The notes: a model not told the origin generated them from the sequence alone. A stretch of 32,000 bases of DNA from Candidatus Fokinia solitaria (GCF_003072485.1 NZ_CP025989.1:360001-392000), one strand, 5' to 3'. Positions 1-9,220 are shown, counted from the stretch's first letter. Numbers and translations are program-made.

Positions 1-510
1 ATCCATAGTCTTGTACTCTTCATTACTTCTTAGCCATCGTGCAGATTTAGAAAAGTATTGAAGCCATTCATCGGTGTATTTCAAAACGCTTTTACTACAA
101 TGATCGTTGAATTTTTGTATACCGAGATCTTCTATTTGAGCTTTTCCTATGATATTTAACTCTTTTTCCGCTTCAAGTTCTGCTGGTAAGCCATGGCAAT
201 CCCAACCGAGCTTAAATATGACTTTTTTACCTAGCATTGTATGATATCGTACGAAGCAATCTTTAATATACGATGTTAGTATGTGTCCCCAGTGAGGCAT
301 GCCATTCGCAAATGGAGGACCATCATGAAAAGCAATTTCATCACCGTCTTTATTTAGCACAAGAGAACTTATCTGATTTTCTTGCCAGTATTTTTGGATT
401 TGTTTTTCAATTTCGGAAAAATTACTGTGTAACGATAAATCCGAAAATGCCGTAACGGTATCTAAGTGAACGATATCGATATTATTGTTTTTAGAAGTGG
501 ATTTTCTCAT
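1..510 (-). CDS. ileS: Isoleucyl-tRNA synthetase, N-terminal 170 codons; the gene runs off the window start
   Basis: The minus-strand frame is open from the ATG (complement of 508..510) to position 1. It is absent from the ORF track because there is no stop in the window. My translation contains FHDGPPFANGMPHWGHIL (class I HIGH-type motif) and KLGWDCHGLPAE, both typical of IleRS. Confidence 0.8.
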   Translation of the reverse strand, partial: MRKSTSKNNNIDIVHLDTVTAFSDLSLHSNFSEIEKQIQKYWQENQISSLVLNKDGDEIAFHDGPPFANGMPHWGHILTSYIKDCFVRYHTMLGKKVIFKLGWDCHGLPAELEAEKELNIIGKAQIEDLGIQKFNDHCSKSVLKYTDEWLQYFSKSARWLRSNEEYKTMD

Positions 511-1142
511 CTATATTTTAAGACGCATTCTATAGCGAACGACATTGTACTGTATAGACTGAAAATCATCAATAAAAGTGTGTTTTAAGCAGTATCATAT
601 GCGTTATATGATTTGCTGAGAAGTTTTAAATAAGCTACGTATCGCTTGCTGTTTCAAACCAGCAAGTGATACATATTGCGCGTGTTCGTAAGAATTATTC
701 TCCGTGACACTGTTTACTGTTAAATTTGCAGTAGTATTGTTGTAATTTCTCCAATTCTTCTTTCCATTTTTTTAAGACATGTTCTGCACTTTCAGAATGT
801 AAACCTGCAATTGTAGTAGCATTTGTATGAGCATTCTGTAGCATTTCTTGCACGATATTCACAAAATGATGATATGGCGCTGTAGCACAGTGTTCTTGAG
901 CGCCGTTTGTTCCGCATTTATTCACGAAATTTTTAATATGTTCGCACATTGCTGACATTGCTTCATGATATTTTTTAGCAGTCTTCAATATGTGATGTGG
1001 AGTATCATGTTTTTCCATGGATTGAGCGAAATCGCTGTTTCCTTCGATTTTTTTGTAGAGATCATGAGCCGCATGAGGATGGTTATGCATGAAATGAGCC
1101 GCATGAGCCGCCAAGTGAGGATGTTGGTACATGAAATGTGCT

Positions 1143-1316
1143 GAGGTTCGGGAGAAGATTGAAAGAAGGCCTTGAGGCGCGAGGGTGATCCGAGATGGGG
1201 GAAGGAGTCGGGGAGAGGGGTGGTTGGGAGAGGAGGGGTTAATGGTGGGGCTAGGAACGGGGTTTGGTTGTTTGGGAAGAAATGGGAAGTGGAAGAGCGC
1301 TATGATTGTTTGAGGC
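1143..1316. other. G-rich polypurine block of ~174 bp interrupting the His-repeat array; it reads as a proline-rich segment on the minus strand
   Basis: The + strand is almost entirely G/A/T with many GGG(G) runs and very few C, unlike the surrounding AT-rich DNA. Repeat-unit sequence flanks it on both sides (catgaaatgtgct | block | aatgagccgcat). It translates on the minus strand as PKQPNPVPSPTINPSSPNHPSPRLLPPSR. Confidence 0.8.
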
Positions 1317-1320
1317 AATG

Positions 1321-1725
1321 AGCCGCATCAGATGGTTATGGATAAATGAGCGCATGACCGCCAAGTTATGATGTTGGTACATGAATTTCGCTAAATGCGT
1401 ATGACTGTGGCGAAGTGAGCCGCATGAGGATGGTTATGCATGAAGAGCGCATGAGCCGCCAAGTGAGGATGTTGTACATGAAGTTCGCCAAGTGCGGATG
1501 ACTGTGGAGGAAATGAGCTAAATGAGGATGGTTATGCATGAAATGAGCTGCATGAGCCGCCAAGTGAGGATGTTGGTACATGAAGTGCGCCAAGTGCGGA
1601 TGACTGTGGAGGAAATGAGCTAAATGAGGGTGATTATGCATGAAATGAGCTGCATGAGCCGCCAAGTGAGGATGTTGGTACATGAAGTGTGCTAAATGCG
1701 GATGACTGTGGAGGAAATGATGATG
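1321..1725. repeat. 102-bp tandem repeat array of about 4 copies; outer copies are near-identical and inner copies are degraded. A further partial copy lies at ~1060..1142 beyond the G-rich block
   Basis: The string catgaagt.cgccaagtgcggatgactgtggaggaaatgagctaaatgagg recurs with c at 1477, 1579 and 1681 (period 102). The copy starting at 1380 is shortened by several deletions. Confidence 0.85.
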
Positions 1726-2309
1726 TGCTTCCATATCGTTATGTAAATATGACATATTAATGATATTGATTTGATTAATAATATACTACTATCTTAATAT
1801 CATTTTTATATAAGAACAAGGTATAATAGTAAATTATTTATTTTCTTTTATAATTTAAGGGAGAAATTTTATTCTTATAAATGTATTGAATATTGAAGAA
1901 TAGTGAATTTTCTCATATACGAGAGCAGTACTTCCATCAAAGTGAAAATGCAAAAGAAAAAAAATATACTTTTCTGTGTGATGCTATAGAGCATTAATTA
2001 TTAAAAAAGCAATTATAAAATGCAGATTCTCTTAAAAAAGATAAAAACGGAAGCTAATGTATATTAGTATACTAAGAGTACGATATATTAAAATATTAAA
2101 GCGAAGCGGTAGAGATAGTTGTTTATCAATCATTTCCGATACGTTTTTTTTGATTCTCTTCAGTATTTTTCTTCAAAGTATAATGAATCTCTTTACTTAA
2201 ACGTGATTCTAAGTCTTTCGGCTATTAGTACGAAGATAAAAATTTCAGCATAGTGGAAGAGTTTAAAGTTTCTCAGAAATATGATGCTTATAACTATTCA
2301 AAGAGCAAT

Positions 2310-3812
2310 TTATGTTATAATTCTATTGTCTTTTATTGATGTAGAGTACTTGGCGCCCATCTTATATGCGATAAATATCCATAAAGCGCATGCGATAGAG
2401 ATGAATATATCATTGCTTAGCAAGACTAAAAATGTACCGACTTTAGTTGCTATGTTCGAGCTGAAGTAGTTGAATATATTTGTAATTGCTTTAGCGCCTT
2501 TAATTGCGAATGCATCAAGAACAAACTTTGATTTTAGTTGTATATCGCGCGAAGTAATAATGTATAAACTCTCTCTAATAGGAGTATTTAAGCTATAGCT
2601 TAAAGCATGTAGTATGACATAAGCGTATATAATAAAATGTGCGTTGAATATGTAAAATCCTAGTAGTACTGCTGTTATCAGAGGCATTATCAACAAAGCC
2701 TTTGCTGTACCTAGCGTTCTCATCACACCATTTGTTAGAAATATGGAAAGTAAAAAGCCTACAAAATGCATGTATAAAATTTGAATATAAGAACCACTCG
2801 CTATTTGACTCACTGAATTGATAGAGCCAGTACTTTTAAGTTTTATGCTTGAGCTAACGAGTAATATGATTCTTTGGAAACTTACAAATTCTGTTATTAA
2901 TTCCAAGCAGAAAATTAATCCAAATATTCCAAGTACATACCTATTGTGTAAGATGAGTCTTACTCCTAAAAAGATGCCTGTTTTAGAAATTTTTTCAGAA
3001 AGTATAGAAGTACCGAGATATCCCTCGAAAACATTTCTTTTGAAAAGTTTTGTTGCAATCAATAGAGTGATAAGTGCCGTAAAGAGCATCGTAATAGCAT
3101 ACGTTATGACGAGCTTTATTTTCTGTATATCAGTTGTGCATCCAAGCATTTGATCAAAAAACCCTTTCATGATGCAATGCGCTACGTATACTGATATCAT
3201 TCCTCCAATTTTAGAGCAAGATACTATAAATCCGTATATTCTTTCCGAGCTTTTAGGATTATTAATAGAGTTTACGAAAGCCCAAAATGTACTCACCAAA
3301 AATACCATATATCCTTCAGAGAACATGAAAAATGTCCAAGATGCCGCCTTTTCTCTGAAAGTAAGAAATGGTAATGACTCAGCATTCATCTTATCGAACG
3401 GCACTACGAATAAAAGTAGCAGTCCAAGAGCGATCCACATGCATATGTATAACTTCAGAAGTGATATTCGTCTTACTCTATCAGCGAGGTAAGCATCTAT
3501 AAAAATCCACGGAAATAGTAATCCTAATGTCGTGAGTTTTGCTAATGGTACGTTTTTTACTCCGACCAATGCAGAGAATACGATATTTTGCAATTCATGT
3601 ACGACGGAGTATGAGCCTATCAGCATTGCAAAGAGAAAACCGCTTAAAAGAAGTTTTTTCCCCTCTATTGCGTTAAGAGAGAAGAATCGTACGAAGAGGT
3701 GTTTAAAGTTGAATCCACGCGTAGTTACATACAACTTCTTTGAGATATTTTTCAGAGTACTAGCGGATTCTCCTGCTATAGACGATAGTCGTTTTATTAT
3801 TGGTACCTTCAT
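2310..3812 (-). CDS. Multi-pass membrane transporter, most likely a Tlc/NTT-family nucleotide (ATP/ADP) transporter
   Basis: The 500-aa ORF is hydrophobic throughout, with about 12 predicted TM stretches. The segment STFWAFVNSINNPKSSERIYGFI resembles the conserved FW.FAN....EEAKRFY region of Tlc/NTT carriers as I remember it. A generic MFS transporter cannot be excluded. Confidence 0.6.
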   Translation of the reverse strand: MKVPIIKRLSSIAGESASTLKNISKKLYVTTRGFNFKHLFVRFFSLNAIEGKKLLLSGFLFAMLIGSYSVVHELQNIVFSALVGVKNVPLAKLTTLGLLFPWIFIDAYLADRVRRISLLKLYICMWIALGLLLLFVVPFDKMNAESLPFLTFREKAASWTFFMFSEGYMVFLVSTFWAFVNSINNPKSSERIYGFIVSCSKIGGMISVYVAHCIMKGFFDQMLGCTTDIQKIKLVITYAITMLFTALITLLIATKLFKRNVFEGYLGTSILSEKISKTGIFLGVRLILHNRYVLGIFGLIFCLELITEFVSFQRIILLVSSSIKLKSTGSINSVSQIASGSYIQILYMHFVGFLLSIFLTNGVMRTLGTAKALLIMPLITAVLLGFYIFNAHFIIYAYVILHALSYSLNTPIRESLYIITSRDIQLKSKFVLDAFAIKGAKAITNIFNYFSSNIATKVGTFLVLLSNDIFISIACALWIFIAYKMGAKYSTSIKDNRIIT

Positions 3813-3995
3813 GTGTTTTGACCGAAATGTATCATAATTTTACCATGAGTCAAGTATCTATTGTCATCCACAGTGAGTTTTATGATAGCCTTTATGAAAT
3901 CGTTATATCAATTGAAGTAGAGTATCTTATCGTAAGTACAAGTGAAAACACGTAGCGAAATTACTCGTAAAAGATTGAAGCATTTTAAAATTACG

Positions 3996-6191
3996 TCAAT
4001 TTTTCCCTATTACTTCCCTTTTACCAGAGTGACTAGGAGAGGTAACGATACCTTCTTTTTCCATTCTTTCCACTATACTTGCAGCTTTATTGTATCCTAT
4101 TCTAAAAAATCTCTGAACATAGCTGATACTTACGCGATTTTCTTTGATAACCATTTGTACTGCATCGCGATATAGTTTCTCATCTTCATTTTGAATATGT
4201 TCGCCGTGAGAATGAGCATTGTAATTTTGAAAGTAATTACTTTGATTATGCGTGTTTTCTTTTGAATTACTTGTACTATAGCTTTCATTTTCCGTGTAGT
4301 AAGCAGGTCTTCCTATGCTACGAAGAAAGTCCGCAACTTTTTCAACATCTTTATCATTCACAAACGGTGCATGTATGCGAGTGGCCTTCTTTCCTGGTAT
4401 AACGTATAGCATATCTCCTCTTCCTAGTAGTTGTTCAGCACCATTCTCTCCTATAATAGTTCTACTGTCTATTTTAGAAGCGACTTGAAAACTTATTCTA
4501 GTTGGAAAATTAGCTTTTATAATTCCCGTTACTACATCTACAGAAGGTCTCTGAGTTGCCATTATGATATGCATGCCAGATGCGCGTGCCATCTGTGCTA
4601 AGCGTTGTATACATTCTTCTACTTCCTTACCTGCAACTAGCATTAGATCTGCCATCTCATCTACTATGATGACGATATACGGAATTTTCTCTTTCTTGAA
4701 TGATACTTTTTCAAAAATTGGATTTTTACTCTCTTCATCGAATCCGACTTGCATGTGTTTGACTATTTCGTCTGAAGTAGTGCGATCTATCATATCGTTA
4801 TATGCCGTTATATTTCTTACGCCTAGAAGCGACATCATTCTATATCTTCTTTCCATCTCGTTAATTGCCCATCTTAAGGCTTCTACTGCGACTCTCGGAT
4901 CTGTTACAACAGGCATTGCAAGATGAGGGATGTCTCTATAGACAGAGAGTTCAAGCATCTTAGGGTCTATCATGATAAACTTACACTCTTCCGGAGTATA
5001 TTTATACAGAATTGAAAGTATCATATTGTTTACTGCTACCGATTTTCCGGAGCCTGTAGTACCTGCCATCAACAGATGCGGCATAGCAGCAAGATCGGCT
5101 ACATGAGGTGCACCTGAGATTGTTTGACCGAGAATGAGTGGTATTTTCGCTTCCGTATGAGTATAACTGTAGTGCGCTAATAGCATTCTTAATGAGACGA
5201 GATCGCGTACTTTATTAGGTAGTTCTATACCTAGTGCATTATTTTCCGATATTATGGAAATTCTTGCAGATTCACATTTCATGGATCTTGCTATATCTTC
5301 GGCTAATCCTATAACTCTTGAAGCTTTTGTCCCTGCAGATGGTTCAAGTTCATATAATGTTACGAGAGGGCCTTTTGCTTTAGATACTATTTTTCCTTGA
5401 ATACCGAAGTCATGAAGGATGTGCATCAAATCATCTGATCGATCTTCATCATCGAGGCTTTTATATGAATTATCCTCTAGAAGAATGAGAGGCGGTATCT
5501 TACTGAAATTCGTTTTATCCTTCTGTTTTTGAGAAAATTCGATTTTTCTATTGCTGAATGTTACCTTTTTCAGTTCACCTTTTTCAGGAGTGAAGTTTTC
5601 TTTCTTTTTGCCGCATAAGGATAATATGTATTTTAGTATTGCCAGAACTCTTATTCGTATGGAAAATGCTATAAATAGAACTACGATACTAAATAAAAGA
5701 AAGATAACACCTACTGCATGAAATGGAAAGGTACTACCTAAAAGATGCAATAAGTAGAATCCGAGATATCCTCCATAATAATACTTTATATTCATCTTAT
5801 ACGACGGCATTGTGTCTTCAATAGCAGGAAATAAAGCAATTTTTTCAAAGATATATGTAGTGCAGGTACAGGCTAGAGGTAATAAAATGAATAATGCTGA
5901 GAGATTGTAATCTCTAATCAGCGCATTACCATTCAATAGCCTTTTTATATTATGAAATAAGAAGAACAGTGGTATTGTGAACGATATGATACCAAACGCT
6001 TGAAAGGAAAATTCGAGTATTGATGTAGCTGCGAGATTGAGGTAAGTGACGGTAGCATGCGTATGCTGATTTTTTGACGATACATAGAGAAAAGATTCAT
6101 GATCATGCATCCAGAAATCGATTCCGAATATTGTGATAGATACAGTTAGAAGTAGAAATCCGTATACTATGAGCTTGTCCGTAAAGTTCAT
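3996..6191 (-). CDS. ftsK: DNA translocase FtsK
   Basis: 731 aa with an N-terminal TM region. It has the Walker A motif GTTGSGKS, the FtsK/SpoIIIE motor motifs (IVIIVDEMADLM, MATQRPS) and a C-terminal winged-helix gamma domain (ISYVQRFFRIGYNKAASIVE). Confidence 0.95.
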   Translation of the reverse strand: MNFTDKLIVYGFLLLTVSITIFGIDFWMHDHESFLYVSSKNQHTHATVTYLNLAATSILEFSFQAFGIISFTIPLFFLFHNIKRLLNGNALIRDYNLSALFILLPLACTCTTYIFEKIALFPAIEDTMPSYKMNIKYYYGGYLGFYLLHLLGSTFPFHAVGVIFLLFSIVVLFIAFSIRIRVLAILKYILSLCGKKKENFTPEKGELKKVTFSNRKIEFSQKQKDKTNFSKIPPLILLEDNSYKSLDDEDRSDDLMHILHDFGIQGKIVSKAKGPLVTLYELEPSAGTKASRVIGLAEDIARSMKCESARISIISENNALGIELPNKVRDLVSLRMLLAHYSYTHTEAKIPLILGQTISGAPHVADLAAMPHLLMAGTTGSGKSVAVNNMILSILYKYTPEECKFIMIDPKMLELSVYRDIPHLAMPVVTDPRVAVEALRWAINEMERRYRMMSLLGVRNITAYNDMIDRTTSDEIVKHMQVGFDEESKNPIFEKVSFKKEKIPYIVIIVDEMADLMLVAGKEVEECIQRLAQMARASGMHIIMATQRPSVDVVTGIIKANFPTRISFQVASKIDSRTIIGENGAEQLLGRGDMLYVIPGKKATRIHAPFVNDKDVEKVADFLRSIGRPAYYTENESYSTSNSKENTHNQSNYFQNYNAHSHGEHIQNEDEKLYRDAVQMVIKENRVSISYVQRFFRIGYNKAASIVERMEKEGIVTSPSHSGKREVIGKN

Positions 6192-6289
6192 GATTATTAA
6201 CTTTTTGAATGCAGCTATTGCATGTACTGTTTACTTGATTAAATTATAAGTAGCAACAATACAATGGCTAAGATAAATCAAAAACTTAT

Positions 6290-6805
6290 ATGAATGACGC
6301 AAAGGAATTCGATATCATGATCGAAATTAAACGAGGAAGTAATGTAAAATATGAATTTGATGCTGATTACAGATGCTTGAGATTAGATAGAATACTTCCT
6401 ACTAGTATGGTATTTCCTGTTTCTTATGGTTTTTTTACGGAAGTAAAAGGAGAGGATGGAGATCCATTGGATGCTTTACTGATGTCTTCTTCCGATATTT
6501 CTAACGGTATTGTAATAAAAGGGAGAGTAATAGGAGTAATGCGTATGGAAGATGAGAAAGGAATTGATGACAAGATATTATTAGTGCCATCAAAAAAAAT
6601 AGATAAAATGATGTCTCATGTAGATTCTTATTTATCTCTCAATGCTGAATTACTGGAACAGATAGAACATTTCTTTACACATTACAAGGATATGGAGAAA
6701 AAAGACGGAAAATGGGTGAAGGTTCTAGGATGGAGAGATTCTAACGAAGCGTTTCGAATTATCGAAGATTGCTTACAAAAATACGGCCCTCAAAAATTTA
6801 TGTAA
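6290..6805 (+). CDS. ppa: Inorganic pyrophosphatase
   Basis: 171 aa. It aligns by eye along its length to family I PPase (KYE.D, YGF...T..EDGDPLDAL, HFF.HYKD.E..KWVK..GW). Confidence 0.93.
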   Translation: MNDAKEFDIMIEIKRGSNVKYEFDADYRCLRLDRILPTSMVFPVSYGFFTEVKGEDGDPLDALLMSSSDISNGIVIKGRVIGVMRMEDEKGIDDKILLVPSKKIDKMMSHVDSYLSLNAELLEQIEHFFTHYKDMEKKDGKWVKVLGWRDSNEAFRIIEDCLQKYGPQKFM

Positions 6806-6820
6806 TTATTAATAATTTCG

Positions 6821-7943
6821 ATGTCTTCAGAATTTATAAGCGCAAAAAGATTGCAGGAGTTAATAGCGGAATCGATAGGTGTAATTCAAAGATTTCTTTG
6901 AAGTCAATAATATCGCGAAAGAATTAGAAGAGCTTGATGAGAAGATACAATCTCAGGACTTATGGAGTGATACAAAGCTTGCCTCTTCATTATTGCGAAG
7001 ACGTAGTGTACTTGTTGAATATGTGGATAACTACAAGAGCATAGTAGATGAGTTTGAGGTGATGACAGCGCTTGCTGCTGAATGCCGTGAAGATGAAGTT
7101 GATGAGGAAGTTTACAAAGAACTTTGCAGAATACAGAAATTTTCCCGTGACATAGAAGTAGCTACTCTTTTTAGAGATGAGCAGGATTATGGCAATTGTA
7201 TATTAGAAATTCATTCTGGCGCAGGTGGCACGGAAAGCGATGACTGGGCGGAGATGTTGCTGAGAATGTATTCAAGATGGTCAGAGAGTAAACGTTATTC
7301 TTCTTCCATCTCTTATATGCTGCATGGAGAAGAAGCAGGAATAAAATCTGTAACTGTGAAAATAGAAGGGAAAATGGCGTATGGCTTACTTAAGACGGAA
7401 AATGGAGTACATAGGTTAGTTAGAATTTCACCTTTTAATAAGGAGAGGAAGAGACATACAAGTTTTGCAAGTGTTACTGTTGTGCCTTTGATTGATGACG
7501 ATTTTAGTATAGATATTAATGAATCTGAGTTACGTATTGATACTTATAGATCATCAGGAGCAGGGGGGCAGCATGTCAATACTACCGATAGTGCGGTGAG
7601 GATTGTGCATCTTCCTAGTGGTATCACTGTGCAGTGTCAAAATAATAGATCTCAACATAAGAATAAAGAAGAATGCATGAGAGTCTTAAGATCTAAGTTA
7701 TATGCATTAGAATTGAAACGGAGAAGTGAAGCTAAAAACAGTATGGAAGAAGATAAATTACAAATAGGATGGGGGTCTCAAATACGTTCATACGTTTTAC
7801 ATCCATATCAGATGGTGAAGGACTTAAGAACAGGTTATCATGAAGGAGATGCACAGAGTGTGCTTGATGGTAGTATAGACGATTTTATAAAGCATACTCT
7901 GCGTCATATGATCTCAAGTGAAGAGTGTGAAAAGAAAAAGTAA
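6821..7943 (+). CDS. prfB: Peptide chain release factor 2, requiring a programmed +1 ribosomal frameshift at 6896..6901
   Basis: ATG 6821 opens a 26-codon frame (MSSEFISAKRLQELIAESIGVIQRFL) ending CTT TGA (6896..6901). Skipping T6899 joins it in frame (6900 to 6993 is 93 nt) to track ORF 6993..7943, which carries the SPF and GGQ motifs. Confidence 0.92.
6893..6902 (+). promoter_or_regulatory. prfB autoregulatory +1 frameshift site (TTT CTT TGA A)
   Basis: This is the canonical CTT-TGA slippery/stop arrangement. The base after TGA is A (E. coli has C), and I see no obvious Shine-Dalgarno-like stimulator in the preceding codons. Confidence 0.8.
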
Positions 7944-8235
7944 GGTTTAATGGAAAATATTCTTTTAATATCGCATTTTACTTAACGTATATTTGATTAG
8001 GTGCCTTCTGATACTTTGGTGCTTAACAACAGATTGGTATAAACTTATCTTATCTTCATGAAAGCACTTATATTCTTCCATAAACGATGAGTAATTGACA
8101 ATAGTGTAGTCGGTAATGACATCAGTACTTGTATATGATTCTTTTCTACTACTAAAGATCTAGATTACTCAACTCTCACATACATAACAAAAATGAGATA
8201 GATATAATTGCTTTCTCAAAATTTCTACACAGATC

Positions 8236-8604
8236 TTACTTACCTTTCTTAGCTTGCATAAAGCTTACGGATACTAAATTTTCTCTTCCAAATATTGATA
8301 GTGTTACACCAAGTGTAGATTTTTCTTTATCTACAGATTGCACTATCCCTAAAAAGCCCTCAAATGCTCCTTCTACAATACTAACATTATCTCCAATACA
8401 AAACTCCGGTATAGCATCAAGCATTTCTCTCTTACTTTGTACTGAATTCAACATCGTTTGTACTTCCTCTTCTGTAATTGGAGATGGCGACGAACCTCCT
8501 AAGAAGCCTGAAACATGATTAGTATCTCTGAGAAATTTTATCAATTCATCGGATATCTTAGAAATCTTGAGAAAAACGTATCCAGGAAGTGCTCTTTTCA
8601 CCAT
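8236..8604 (-). CDS. NusG-like protein lacking the first ~55-60 residues of the NGN domain (truncated paralog or gene remnant)
   Basis: The 122-aa ORF aligns to E. coli NusG from ..FPGYVLV.. to the C-terminus, including the KOW domain (GD.V.I..G.F..F.G.V..V). An in-frame TAA lies 6 codons upstream of the ATG, and the LOG gene stop is only 34 nt upstream. Confidence 0.7.
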   Translation of the reverse strand: MVKRALPGYVFLKISKISDELIKFLRDTNHVSGFLGGSSPSPITEEEVQTMLNSVQSKREMLDAIPEFCIGDNVSIVEGAFEGFLGIVQSVDKEKSTLGVTLSIFGRENLVSVSFMQAKKGK

Positions 8605-8638
8605 CTCTTTTTTTCTGATTTATCAGTATACGGTATTC

Positions 8639-9196
8639 TTAGTACTTCTGATTATTGATATCGACTATTAATTCTCGCATCTCATCTGCATTGTTCACTA
8701 CTGTATAATGACACGAAGACATTCCTGAACTATCTAATTCGCATAGTCCTATCTCCTCTCCTTGTTCTACTATACCTTTCCAGAAATTTTTATGATTGAG
8801 TAAAAGAAGTGGTTTTGAGTGTAAGCCAAGTTTCTTCGCTACAACAATTTCGAAAAATTCGTCCAATGTACCATATCCTCCAGGTAGTGTAAGAAAAGCA
8901 TCAGAACGTTCTATTATCATATGTTTTCTCGAGAAAAGGCAAGGAGTCAAGATTGTTTCCGAAATACCAGTATGTCTCTCAGATTCTATGAGAGATATTT
9001 CCGGAAAGATACCTACTACTCTACCACCTAAACTAAGTGCAGTATCAGCGATAACACCCATCAGACCTCTATTGCCTCCACCATAAACGATAGTAATATC
9101 GAGTTCACAAAGATATGTTGCCACTCTAACGGCAAGATCTACAAAATCTCCTGTTCCAGATCTTGCACCACAAAAGATCCCGATACTTTTTATCAT
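8639..9196 (-). CDS. LOG-family (TIGR00730-type) nucleotide phosphoribohydrolase-like protein
   Basis: 185 aa with GGGNRGLMG and the PGGYGTLDE signature. Confidence 0.85.
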   Translation of the reverse strand: MIKSIGIFCGARSGTGDFVDLAVRVATYLCELDITIVYGGGNRGLMGVIADTALSLGGRVVGIFPEISLIESERHTGISETILTPCLFSRKHMIIERSDAFLTLPGGYGTLDEFFEIVVAKKLGLHSKPLLLLNHKNFWKGIVEQGEEIGLCELDSSGMSSCHYTVVNNADEMRELIVDINNQKY

Positions 9197-9201
9197 ATGA
9201 A

Positions 9202-9220
9202 CTACAAAAAACTTTTGTAG
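9202..9220. promoter_or_regulatory. Perfect 8-bp-arm palindrome CTACAAAA-AAC-TTTTGTAG, 5 nt upstream of the LOG-family start codon
   Basis: Read directly from the sequence: c9202..a9209 pair with t9213..g9220. The stem is AT-rich, so it is more plausibly an operator or translation-occluding hairpin than a terminator. Confidence 0.3.

Larger units (their letters stand above)
695..1755 (-). pseudogene. Histidine-rich tandem-repeat protein with a Cys/His-rich helical C-terminal domain; the frame is broken between ORFs 1366..1755 and 695..1318
   Basis: ORF 1366..1755 encodes repeated HPHLAHF(L/M).. units. The same repeat continues in ORF 695..1318 (HFMYQHPHLAAHAAHFMHNHPHAAH) but in a different frame. 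Single-base deletions are visible in the inner repeat copies, e.g. gatgttgtacatg at ~1467-1480 versus gatgttggtacatg in the other copies. It could alternatively be two separate genes. Confidence 0.5.

Noticed and set aside
273-455. A 60-aa plus-strand ORF at the window start.
   Set aside because: It lies antisense to the clearly recognisable ileS 5' coding region.
1321-1725. Regular 102-bp periodic repeats could superficially suggest a CRISPR array.
   Set aside because: There are no unique spacers, since the whole unit repeats. The repeats are in-frame coding sequence for a His-rich peptide, and no cas genes are nearby.
2281-3837. Plus-strand ORFs (2281..2469, 2818..3153, 3169..3492, 3532..3837) opposite the transporter gene.
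   Set aside because: They are antisense to a full-length 500-aa membrane-protein ORF with a recognisable family pattern, and their translations show no motifs. The same reasoning applies to 3942..4175 and 4564..4926 (antisense to ftsK), 8796..9086, 9458..9820, 13101..13370, 14109..14339, 14939..15354, 17289..17561, 17979..18278, 19059..19595, 23638..23886, 24157..24378, 24907..25107 and 29192..29488.
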